20,000 nt of DNA, taken from positions 107,619 through 127,618 of the forward strand of contig JAXLNO010000499.1 of assembly GCA_038087875.1 (NCBI GenBank), given 5' to 3'. This stretch comes from Malacoraja senta. Lineage: Eukaryota. Positions 1 through 8,851 of this stretch are shown here, one piece after another. The position numbers and the translations under genes were made by a program. How positions within the stretch are numbered: the stretch's first letter is position 1; each line of letters starts with the position of its first letter. The notes beneath the pieces were generated by a model. That model was not told the origin of the DNA, did not search any database, and worked only from the letters and a program-made list of their open reading frames with translations.

Positions 1-176
1 ACTATGTATAAACACAGCTGTAATTTCTACATGGTGAAACCAAAATGTATAAAAAAAGGCCTTTAATAAAATCTGACAATGTGCACTTCAACCACAATTA
101 CAAATCTCAAATTGTGGAGTACAGAGGCTAATAAATAAATGATGGGTCTTTGTTCCAAACATTATGGAGGGCACTG
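1..176. mobile_element. Right end of a Tc1/mariner-like non-autonomous DNA transposon (truncated by window edge)
   Basis: Ends ...CAAACATTATGGAGGGCACTG followed by TA (177-178). The reverse complement starts CAGTG, the Tc1-type TIR start, with a TA target. The left TIR is not in the window. Confidence 0.65.
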
Positions 177-685
177 TATGGAGTCAGACAACAAGGAGCA
201 ATAATAGATATATTATGTTATCGTCAGACAACAGGGAGCAATGAGAGATCTTCCATGTTGGAAGGAATATCTGAATATCTCGACCCGAAACGTCACCTAT
301 TCCTTTTCTTCAGAGATACTGCCTGTTGCTGCAGGCTTTTTATGTCTGTCAGAGATATACTGTGTTATAGAATCAGACAACAGGGAACAATGAGAGATAT
401 ACTGTGTTGTTATATAGTCAGACAACAGGGAGCAATGAGAGATGTACTGTGTAGGAAGGAACTGCAGATGCTGGTTGAAACCAGATCATCTCAAAATGCT
501 GGAGTAACTCAGCGGGTCAGGCATCATCTCTGGGGGAAAGGAATAGGTGATGTTGCTGAGTTACTCCAGCATTTTGTGTCTATCTTTTAACCAAATGTTT
601 TAGTTTAGAGATACAGCATGTTGATATACTGTGTTATAATGCCAGACAACAGGGGATAATGGGAGATATACTGAAAACAGACAGA
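177..685. repeat. Degenerate ~40-45 bp tandem repeat (GAGATATACTGTGTTATAGAGTCAGACAACAGGGAGCAAT-like), interrupted by Penelope-derived fragments
   Basis: Recurring gtcagacaacaggg..caatgagagatatactg motifs at ~182, 223, 372, 417 and 641. Related to the array at 4160-4555. Confidence 0.8.
278..590. mobile_element. Penelope-like terminal-repeat fragments (278-335 on +, ~453-552 on -, ~553-587 on +)
   Basis: ctcgacccgaaacgtcacctattcc and gaaggaactgcagatgctgg...gctggagtaactcagcgggtcaggca match the repeat found next to the Penelope ORF remnants in this window. Confidence 0.7.
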
Positions 686-699
686 AACATCTCTTGTTT

Positions 700-962
700 C
701 GTCCATCACCGAGTTTGACCTCCCCATCATCGAAGGGATCTATTGAAGTCGCTGCCTCAAAAGGCAGCCAACATCATCAAAGACCCACACCATCCTGGTC
801 ACACACTCATTTCACCGTTGCCATCAGGAAGAAGGTACAGGAGCCTGAAAACTGTAACGTCCAGGTTTAGGAACAGCTACTTCCCTACAGCCATCAGGCT
901 ATTAAACACAACAACAAATAAACTCTGAACTGCAACAGACTATTACTATTATTATTGCACTA
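700..962 (+). mobile_element. Rex1/Babar-like LINE 3' fragment, part 1 (ORF C-terminus and start of 3' UTR)
   Basis: Translates KAANIIKDPHHPGHTLISPLPSGRRYRSLKTVTSRFRNSYFPTAIRLLN, a typical Rex1-type C-terminus. Continues after the Helitron. Confidence 0.8.
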
Positions 963-1329
963 TCTATATTACTAAAAGTAAGATCTTGACCACTTCCTGT
1001 TTTTCTGTTTCATGATTTTTGAAAAAACGCCACTTTTTGTGATTTTTGGCCATCTTACTCTGTCCCCCTCCGCTGCGCAGGTCAAGAGGATTTTTCCCAT
1101 CGATGAAAAATAAAAGAGTTATTAATGTTTTTAAAATGTTGACATTCTCTCTGCTGCCCCTGCTGGTGGGAGGGGGGAGGGACTATAAAACCCGGAAGTG
1201 TTGTGCCTCACTCAGTCTCTGCAAGATGGAGGAAGCGAGAGAGTCACGTCTCTCTGAGCTGTGACTAACACTGAACACATGTCTACTCAACTGTGAGTGC
1301 CCTTAATATGGTTTGAAAATGAAAATGTG

Positions 1330-1613
1330 GTTGCTTTGAAATGCTGCACTGCAAATGGTTGTTGGTGGTGGTGATAACTGCTTTGAAATGCTGCACTGCA
1401 AATGGTTGTTGGTAGTGGTGGTAACTGCTTTGAAATGCTGCACTGCAAATGGTTGTTGGTGGTGGTGGTAACTACTTTGAAATGCTGCACTGCAAATGGT
1501 TGTTGGTGGTGGTGGTAACTGCTTTGAAATGCTGCACTGCAAATGGTTGTTGGTGGTGGTAACTGCTTTGAAATGCTGCACTGCAAATGGTTGTTGTTGG
1601 TGGTGGTAACTGC
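1330..1613. repeat. 47 bp minisatellite, ~6 copies, inside the Helitron
   Basis: ctttgaaatgctgcactgcaaatggttgttggtggtggtggtaactg at 1334, 1381, 1428, 1475, 1522 and 1566. Confidence 0.95.
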
Positions 1614-1982
1614 AACTTCCTGTTTGCACTGTATATTGATTTTAGATAAAACGCTACCACTTACGGCTGTGATTTTTGGCCATCTTACTCCGCTCATCAG
1701 GTGCAGAGGATTCTTCCCATCAATGAAAAATAAAAATGTTTAAAAAAATGTTGAGAATCTCTCTCCTGTCAATCATGCCATGAAAGCCACGCCCCTTCGG
1801 GTGGGAGGGGGAGGGATTATAAAACCCAGAAGTGTGGGTGTGGCTCAGTCTCTGCAAGATAGGGGAGGGAGAGGTCACGACTGTCTGCTGTGAATCAACT
1901 GAACACAGTGAATGTCTACTGGACTGTGAGTGTGGTGTTTATGTGGTGTTTTGTGTGGTTTTATGGTGGTTTTATGGTCGTT

Positions 1983-3320
1983 TCACCCTGCTTGAAATGG
2001 TATGAAACTGCATTTGAATGTGGTGGCCTTGCACCCTGCATGAAATGGTATGAAACTGCATTTGAATTTGGAGGCCTTGCACCTTGCATGAAATGGTATG
2101 AATCCTCACTTGAATTTGGTAGCCTTGCACCCTGCTTGAAGTGGTATGAAACTGCACTTGAATTCGGTGGCCTTGCACCCTGCTTTTTTTTTTTTTAATT
2201 TATTAGAAGTACATTACATTACAACCACATACATTAGTACTCGTCACTTATGTCTTCTTACAATTAATGTACTCCATTTATTTTTTACACTAGAAAAGGA
2301 AAAGATTGAAAGAAAGAAGAAAGTGAAGGAAAAAGTGAGAGTGTAGAAAATGTGACAACAAAAAAGGATGAAGACCCTATAAGAACAAAATTAAAAACAA
2401 AAGAAAAAGAGTTAAGAAATAGACCCTAGAAAAGAAAGAGAAAGAGAAAGAGGAAAAAGAGAGAAACAAATATTTTTATGAGTATTACGCAAATGGGACA
2501 TACCAACTCTTCAACTATCATCCCCCCTTACCTGACCTCAATTTTTTTTTTAAAGGTACCTTTGCACCCTATATTTGTAATAATTCTATAAATGCAGACC
2601 ACGTCAGGTGGAAGTGATCTGGTTTACCTGCTAGGAGGAGTCTTATCTCTTCTAGGTGTAATGTTTCGAACATATTTGAAATCCACATGTTTATAGTTGG
2701 TATTGGAGCCTTCTTCCAAAATTTTAGAATTAGCTTTTTTCCAGTTATTAACCCATAGTCTATTAGTTTCTTTTGAAACACATTTAGTTCTGGACCATCT
2801 TCCGTTATTCCGAAGATAATCCATTCTGCTTTGGGTATCAGTCTTATTTTAAATAACTTTGTAAAGATTTCAAAGCACCCTGCTTGAAGTGGTCGGAAAC
2901 TGCACGAATTCGGTGGCATTGCTCCCTGCTTGAAGTGGTAGGAAACCACTTGAATTCGGTGGCCTTGCACCCTGCTTGAAGTGGTAGGAAACTGCACCTG
3001 AATTTGGTGGCCTTGCACCCTGCTTGAAGTGGTATGAAACTGCAATTGAATTTGGTGGCCTTGCACCCTGCTTGAAGTGGTAAGAAACTGCACTTGAATT
3101 TGGTGGCCTTGCACCCTGCTTGAAATGGTAGGAAACTGCATTTGAATTTGGTGGCCTTGCACCCTGCTTGAAGTGGTATGAAACTGCAATTGAATTTGGT
3201 GGCCTTGTACCCTGCTTGAAGTGGTAAGAAACTGCACTTGAATTTGGTGGCCTTGCACCCTGCTTGAAATGGTAGGAAACTGCATTTGAATTTGGTGGCC
3301 CTGCACCCTGCTTGAAATGG
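1983..3320. repeat. 48 bp minisatellite (~4 copies at 1983-2185 and ~9 at 2875-3320), split by an L1 insertion
   Basis: Unit gcaccctgcttgaagtggtatgaaactgcacttgaatttggtggcctt. It explains the 16-aa periodic ORFs. Confidence 0.95.
2186..2874 (-). mobile_element. 5'-truncated L1-clade LINE (ORF2 C-terminus, 3' UTR, poly(A))
   Basis: Minus-strand peptide ...GKKLILKFWKKAPIPTINMWISNMFETLHLEEIRLLLAGKPDHFHLTWSAFIELLQI* resembles fish L1 ORF2 C-termini. Poly(T) at 2184-2196. GCACCCTGCTT is duplicated at 2175-2185 and 2875-2885. Confidence 0.8.
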
Positions 3321-3603
3321 AATTTCAAGGAATAGCCGTGAGTCAACTGCTCGCCCACCAGCCGTGAGTGAGCTGCCAACACATCAGGCTTGACTGACTG
3401 AGCTGTCACCCCAAGAATCCATTTGGCCCACAATGTCCATACTAGTTCCTTCAGCCCACAATACCCATATTAGTGCTCCAGAAAGCCCCCCCCCCCCCCC
3501 CCACTGGCCACCAATATTGGAATTGGTGGAGAGGTGGAATATTGCGTTGGGGGACCAGCCCTCCCGTGTGAACATAGGACCCAACGGGTCCCACTTAGTC
3601 TAG

Positions 3604-3757
3604 TATTTGTTATTTATTGAGTATGTGTGCATGTGTAAACACACACTTTTTTTTCTTCTCCCGTTGTGTACTATGTTTGCATATTCTGTTGTGCTGCAGC
3701 AAATAAGAATTTCATCGTCCTCTGGGACATATGACAATAAACCACTCATGACTCTTG
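3604..3757 (+). mobile_element. Rex1/Babar-like LINE 3' UTR, part 2
   Basis: gctgcagcaaataagaatttcatc...atgacaataaa..ctcatgactcttg tail. An inverted homolog lies at 4636-4715. Confidence 0.7.
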
Positions 3758-3764
3758 TTTGAAA

Positions 3765-4160
3765 CAAGAAGTGCTGGAGGATCTCAGCAGGTCAGGCGGA
3801 AACGGTGAAGGGAACGGACAGATTATTTTTGGGGTTGGCACTTTCAGACTGAGAGAAGTTTTTTGTGTCGGAAGGAATGGCAGATGCTGGTTTAAACCGC
3901 AGATAGGCACTAAAAGCTGCAGTAAATCAGCGGGTCAGAAAGCATCTCTGGAGAGAAGGAATAGGTGATGTTTTCAGTCGAGACACTTCTTCAGAACGAG
4001 AGTCTGGGGAAAAGGAAACGAGAGATATAGACGGTGATTTCGAGATACTCAACAAATGAATGAAAGATATGCAAAAAAGTTACGACGATAGGGGAAATAC
4101 GCCATCGTTATCTGTGTGTTAGGTGAAAACAAGTACAAACAATAAGACTCAACAAGACGA
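3765..4160 (-). mobile_element. Two Penelope-like terminal-repeat fragments, one with a hammerhead-like core (3995-3965)
   Basis: Minus strand reads CTGAAGA-AGT-GTCTCG-ACT-GAAAACATCACC, followed by the usual tattccttctctccagagatgct sequence. Confidence 0.65.
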
Positions 4161-4555
4161 CAAGAGATATACTGCATTGTTATAGAGTCAGAAAACAGAG
4201 AGCAATGAGAGATATACTGTTATAGTCAGAGAACAGAACGATTAGAGATATACTGTGTTATGGAGTCGGAGAACAGAATGATTAGAGATATACTGTGGTA
4301 TAGAGTCAGAGAACAGAACGATTAGAGATATACTGTGGTATAGAGTCAGAGAACAGAACGATTAGAGATATACTGTGGTATAGAGTCAGAGAACAGAACG
4401 ATTAGAGATATACTGTGGTATAGAGTCAGAGAACAGAACGATTAGAGATATACTGTGGTATAGAGTCAGAGAACAGAACGATTAGAGATATACTGTGGTA
4501 TAGAGTCAGCCAACAGGGAGCAATGAGAGATATAATACGTGTTATACAGTCGAAC
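4160..4555. repeat. 40 bp minisatellite, ~7 near-identical copies with degenerate flanking units
   Basis: Unit attagagatatactgtggtatagagtcagagaacagaacg at exact 40 bp spacing (4241, 4281, 4321 ... 4481). Confidence 0.95.
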
Positions 4556-4635
4556 AACAAGACTGGCCCTACTCCTGCATACTAGCCATTGAGCTAGTCC
4601 TAATTGGTCCATACCCCTCCAGACCTGTCTTATCC

Positions 4636-4715
4636 AAGAGTCAAGAGTGTTTTATTGTCATTTGTCCCAGACCGTACAGAAATTCTTACTTGCAGCAGCA
4701 CAACAGAATATGTAA
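4636..4715 (-). mobile_element. Rex1/Babar-like LINE 3' tail fragment
   Basis: Reverse-complement homolog of 3680-3757, with a caagagtcaagagt tail. Confidence 0.65.
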
Positions 4716-4744
4716 TCTACCTATCCATGTACCTATCCAAATGT

Positions 4745-4842
4745 CTGAAGAACGGTCTTGACCCGAAAAGTCACCCATTCCTTCTCTCCTGTGCTCCTGC
4801 CTGTCCTGCTGAGTTACTACAGCATTTTGTGTCTTATCTTTC
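4745..4842 (+). mobile_element. Short Penelope-derived insert with degenerate hammerhead and 12 bp TSD
   Basis: CTGAAGAACGGTCTTGACCCGAAAAGTCACC. ATCCAAATGTCT occurs at 4735-4746 and 4843-4854. Confidence 0.75.
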
Positions 4843-5044
4843 ATCCAAATGTCTTTGTTGTTTTAGTTTAGAGATACAGCATGGAAACACTCCCAAGTGA
4901 GGGCAAATGGGATTATTGCAGATAGGTATTTGATGGTTCGCGTGGGCTCAATGTGTCAAAATGATTCTATGATTGTACGGCTCATTCACCAAAGCCAGCC
5001 ATCAGCCAATTTAGTTCTGTCCCTGTTTAGCTTAGTTTACAAAA

Positions 5045-5660
5045 GGACACAAAGTGCTGGAGTAACTCAGCGGGTCGGGCAGCATTTCTGGAGAACATGG
5101 ATAGGTGACGTTTCACAGAGTGCTGGAGTAACTCAGCGGGTCAGGCAGCATCTGTGGAAAACATGGATAGGTGACGTTTCACAGAGTGCTGGAGTAACTC
5201 AGCGGGTCAGGCTGCATTTCTGCAGAACATGGATAGGTGACGTTTCACAGAGTGCTGGAGTAACTCAGTGGGTCAGGCAGCATCTCTGGAGAACATGGAT
5301 AGGTGACGTTTCACAAAGTGTCAGTAACTCAGCAGGTCAGACAGCATCTGTGAAGAACATGGATAGGTGACGTTTCACAGTGCTGGAGTAACAGCAGGTC
5401 AGGCAGCATCTGTGGAGAACATGGATAGGTGACGTTTCACAGAATGCTGGAGTAACTCAGCAGGTCAGGCAGCATTTCTGCAGAACATGGATAGGTGACG
5501 TTTCACAGAGTGCTGGAGTATCTCAGCGGGTCAGGCAGCATCTCTGGAGACCATGGATTGGTGATGTTTCGGGTTGAGACCCTTTTCAGACTGATTGTAG
5601 AGGGGAGAAGTAAGCTGGAAGAGAGGGGAGAGGCAGGACAAAGCGTGGCAGTTGATAGGT
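5045..5660 (-). repeat. 8 x ~66 bp tandem array derived from the Penelope terminal repeat
   Basis: Unit gtgctggagtaactcagcgggtcaggcagcatctctggagaacatggataggtgacgtttcacaga starts at 5054, 5120, 5186, 5252, 5318, 5380, 5444 and 5510. The last unit runs into a near-complete hammerhead motif (5561-5594). Confidence 0.9.
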
Positions 5661-5675
5661 GGTTTAGGATTAGTT

Positions 5676-5783
5676 GAAGATGAGATCAGTCTGAAGAAGG
5701 GTTTCGGCCCGAAACGTTGCCTATTTCCTTCGCTCCATAGATGCTGCCTCGCCCGCTGAATTTCTCCAGCACTTTTGTCTACC
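5676..5783 (+). mobile_element. Short Penelope-derived insert with hammerhead and TSD
   Basis: Flanked by TTAGGATTAgTT (5664-5675) and TTAGGATTAaTT (5784-5795). Confidence 0.75.
5688..5722 (+). ncRNA. Minimal type I hammerhead ribozyme motif (Penelope-associated)
   Basis: CTGAAGA (5691-5697), A, helix II GGGT-TTCG-GCCC, GAAAC, GTT cleavage triplet, palindromic AACGTT helix III. Activity is not demonstrated. Confidence 0.7.
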
Positions 5784-5795
5784 TTAGGATTAATT

Positions 5796-6237
5796 CAATT
5801 TAGTTTAGACCTGCAATATGGAAACGGGTTCTTCGGCCCACCAACTCCACGACTTCACACTAGTTTTTTTTTGTTTTTTTTAAAATTATTTTTCATTTTA
5901 AATAATTCAACACAAAAATGAAAAAAGACATGTTAATAAGAAACTCAAATAATACAAAAGAAAAATACAAAAATATACAGAAACATAAAATAAATCGAAA
6001 TATTTTTTTTAAAATTATAAATTCACACTAGTTCTATGTTATCCCCTTTCTCATCCACTCCCTACACACTAGGGCCAATTTGTAGAGGGCCAATTAACCT
6101 ACAAAATCGTACATCTTTGGAGCACCTGGAGGAAACTGGGAGAACGTGCAAATGTTCAGCACCCAAGGTCAGGATCGAACTCGGGTCTCTGGCGCTGCGA
6201 GGCATCGGCTCTACTCGCTGTGTCACTCTGCCGCCCC
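5796..6237 (-). mobile_element. tRNA-derived SINE (HE1-like) with CR1-type tail, interrupted by a poly(A)-tailed insert
   Basis: Minus strand: A-box-like TGACACAGCGAG (6225-6214), B box GAGTTCGATCC (6182-6172), body tttgcacgttctccc...ggttaattggcc, tail gggccgaagaacccgtttcc...tctaaactaaa. Confidence 0.8.
5866..6021 (-). mobile_element. ~156 bp AT-rich poly(A)-tailed retro-insertion with 12 bp TSD
   Basis: TTCACACTAGTT at 5854-5865 and 6022-6033, with a T-run directly after the left copy. Confidence 0.75.
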
Positions 6238-6545
6238 TTAAATATCTTTTTAATGTTGTCATTGTATCTGCCTCAACTACCTTCTCTGGCAGCTCGTTGT
6301 CGGATGTATCACAGCCTGGTTCGGCAATTTGATAGCTCAGGAACAAAGGAGATTACAAAAAGTTGTAAGCATTGCCTGGTGCATCACAGGTACTGACCTC
6401 CCCACCATCGAAGGGATCTGCAGGAGGTGCTGCCTCAAAAAGGCAGCCGGCATCGTCAAAGACTCACACCGCCCTGGCCACACTTCCATTTCACTCCTGC
6501 CATCGGGAAGAATGAATAGGAGTCTGAAATCGTGGACAGTACAGT
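6238..6545. mobile_element. CR1 fragment (6238-6298, -) and Rex1-like LINE fragment (6299-6545, +)
   Basis: Peptides NELPEKVVEADTMTTLKRYL (-) and QEQRRLQKVVSIAWCITGTDLPTIEGICRRCCLKKAAGIVKDSHRPGHTSISLLPSGR (+). Confidence 0.75.
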
Positions 6546-6777
6546 GACATGGAAACCAAGCCAGTATGCTCACCACCTGTAGAAGTTCAGCAGCGTGCTG
6601 AATCTCATCAGATGTCTGTGGAGTTAGAGGAATTGGTCAGCATTAATGTGTTGGTCCCAGGGCGTTTCATCAAAAGTCTTTATACTCAGGAACTTGGAGC
6701 TGTTGTCTCTCTCCCAACCATCTGACCAATGAAGACAGGTGCAAGATTCCTCAGCTTTCCCATCCTGAAGTCATCAA

Positions 6778-7470
6778 TTCAACCTCATCTACTGTATCCA
6801 GTGCTGCCGGTGTGGGCTCCTATATATTGGTGAGACCAAGCTTGGACTTGCTGATCGTTTCGCTAAACACCTTCGTTCAGTCTGCCTTGGCCTGCATGAT
6901 CTCCTGGTTGCCTTCCCATTCCCATGTGGACCTTTCTCTCCTGGGCCTCCTCCACTGTCAGAACAAAATTGGAGGAACAGCACCTCATATTTCGCTTAGG
7001 CAGCTTGCAACCCAGCGGTATGAACATTGAGTTTAAGAAGGAACTGCAGATGCTGGAAAATCGAAGGTAGACAAAAATGCTGGAGGAACTCAGTGGGTGA
7101 GGCAGCATCTATGGAGCGAAGGAAATAGGCAACGTTTCGGGTCGAAACCCTTCAGACATGATTTCTCTTTTTTCAAGTAGCTTCTGCATTCCTTCCCCCC
7201 CTCACTCCCCCCGCTACTCTCTCCTCCCGCCCCTATCCTAGTTGTTCTACTTGTCCCTCTACTCACGTCCTTGTACCCCTGTCATTAGCACATCTTTCCC
7301 AGCCAACAATAGGCCATTATGGACTCCACCCTTCCTGAGGTCATCTGTTTCCCTGATTTGTTGTAGCCTTCATCTATCCTTCAGTCTGACGAAGTGTTCC
7401 GACCCAAAACGGCACGTATTCCTTTTCTCCAGAAATGCTGCCTGACCCATTGAATTACTCCAGCATTTTA
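6778..7470 (+). mobile_element. Penelope-like 3' fragment (decayed GIY-YIG endonuclease and terminal repeat) containing an inverted short insert at ~7032-7157
   Basis: SNLIYCIQCCRCGLLYIGETK at 6778-6840. Degenerate hammerhead CTGACGA at 7386. The terminal repeat resumes at 8023-8068 after a CR1 insertion. Confidence 0.85.
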
Positions 7471-8022
7471 CATAGAAACATAGAAACATAGAAAGTAGGT
7501 GCGAGAGTAGACCACCAGGCCCATCGAGCCCGCACCGCCATTCGCTCATGGCTGAACACTAAACAGACACCCTTACCCACAAACAGTAGACACAAGACAC
7601 AGAACACAAGACACTACCCTCCCCTTTATACCGCTATCACCCCTCTCCACCCCAAGAACCGCGTGATCTCCTGGGGGAGGCAAAAAACCGGATAAAAACC
7701 CAGGTCCAATTCGGGAAAAAAAATCCGGGAAATTCCTCTCCGACCCCAATCCAGGCGATCGACACTTGTCCAGGAGATCACTCAGGTCTTACTATACTAA
7801 CCATACCTAGGTCCATATCCCTGCCTTCTCCCCGTAGCCCCTTATCCCCTTGGCAGCTAAAAAAACATCTATTTTAGACTTAAATATATTTAATGTTTCT
7901 GCTTCCACTGCTCCCTGGGGCAGTGAATTCCATAAATTAACCACCCTCTGGGTGAAGAAGTTCTTCCTCATCTCAGTTTTAAAAGAGCCCCCCCTTATTC
8001 TACAACTATGTCCCCTAGTTCT
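7471..8022 (-). mobile_element. 5'-truncated CR1 LINE with open ORF2 C-terminus, long 3' UTR and (TTTCTATG)n tail
   Basis: Minus strand RTRGHSCRIRGGSFKTEMRKNFFTQRVVNLWNSLPQGAVEAETLNIFKSKIDVFLAAKGIRGYGEKAGIWT* (stop at 7807-7809). catagaaa occurs three times at 7471-7494. Confidence 0.9.
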
Positions 8023-8069
8023 AGTTTTGTTTGTATATTTGGTTTAAACCAGCATCTGCAGTTCCTTAG

Positions 8070-8845
8070 CCCTCAATAATCACAATCAATCACAATCACA
8101 ATCCTCATACTTTATTAGCCAAGTATGTTTTGCAACATACGAGGAATTTCATTTGCCAAGTCAGTCATACAAATAAAAAGGAACACACAAAACATATTTT
8201 AACATAAACATCCACCACAGTGACTCCTCCGCATTCCTCACTGTGATGGAAGGCGAAAAAAAGTTCCGATCTCTTCTTTGCTCTCCCAGTTTGGGGCCTC
8301 GAGCCCTCCATTGACGGGGCGATCTTGACTCCCGATGCTGGAGGGATTTGGGCCCTCCGCATCGGGGCGGTCAGCTCCTGTATTGGGGGGTTGTCAGCTC
8401 CCCCGCACCGGGCGATCGAACCCCACGTCGGAGCTGGTCGAACCTCTACCTCGCTGGAGCTCTCTACTAGCCTCACCCGAGACTGCGAGCTCCCGATGTA
8501 AAGTCTGCAGGCCGCGGTTGGAGCGATCCCAGTCAAGGGATCGACTCCGATGTAAAGTCCACGTCCAGCGATTGGGCTCAAGTCAGTCCGAGGAGGCCTC
8601 CAGCTCCATCGATGGTAGGCCGCAGAGCGACCGGAGATGCGATCTGGAAAATAATCGCATCTCCGGCAAGGTAAGAAACTGAAAAAAAGTTTCCCCCGAC
8701 CCCCTCCCCATCCCCCTCCCCCCACATAAAACAAACCAGAGAACATTTACACAGAATTTTAACACACACTAAAAAAAATTTAAAAGACGAAAAAACACAG
8801 ACTGTTGGCGGGGCTGCCAATCGTTCGGCGCCCCTGGTGGTTAAT
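8070..8845 (-). mobile_element. ~780 bp non-coding retroposon, copy 1
   Basis: Colinear with 11612-12397. AATAAA plus (GATTGT)n-like tail. Probable TSD CAGtTCCTTAG (8059-8069) / CAGcTCCTTAG (8846-8856). Confidence 0.8.
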
Positions 8846-8851
8846 CAGCTC

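Larger units (their letters stand above)
963..3603 (+). mobile_element. Non-autonomous Helitron
   Basis: 5' TC terminus (A|TCTATATTACTAAAAG), 3' CTAG|T terminus, subterminal hairpin GGACCC-AAC-GGGTCC (3577-3591) 8 nt before CTAG, inserted between A and T with no TSD. The flanks rejoin into a continuous LINE 3' UTR. No Rep/Hel ORF. Confidence 0.88.

Noticed and set aside
1287..3433. Repetitive ORFs (His/Gln/Pro-rich and 16-aa periodic)
   Set aside because: By-products of the 47 and 48 bp minisatellites inside the Helitron.
4897..5370. 157-aa ORF with 22-aa repeats
   Set aside because: Read-through of the 66 bp Penelope-derived array.
4160..5594. CRISPR-like appearance of the regular 40 bp and 66 bp arrays
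   Set aside because: Units are head-to-tail with no unique spacers, there are no cas genes, and the context is eukaryotic.
6165..6237. Possible tRNA gene
   Set aside because: The A/B boxes belong to a SINE head continuous with the SINE body; no convincing cloverleaf.
7022..7165. TSD around the inverted short insert (ACATTGA / ACATGA)
   Set aside because: Too short and imperfect to count as a TSD.
8165..8820. 193-aa and overlapping ORFs in the 780 bp element
   Set aside because: Frames are not conserved in the second copy (11612-12397); GC-rich chance ORFs.
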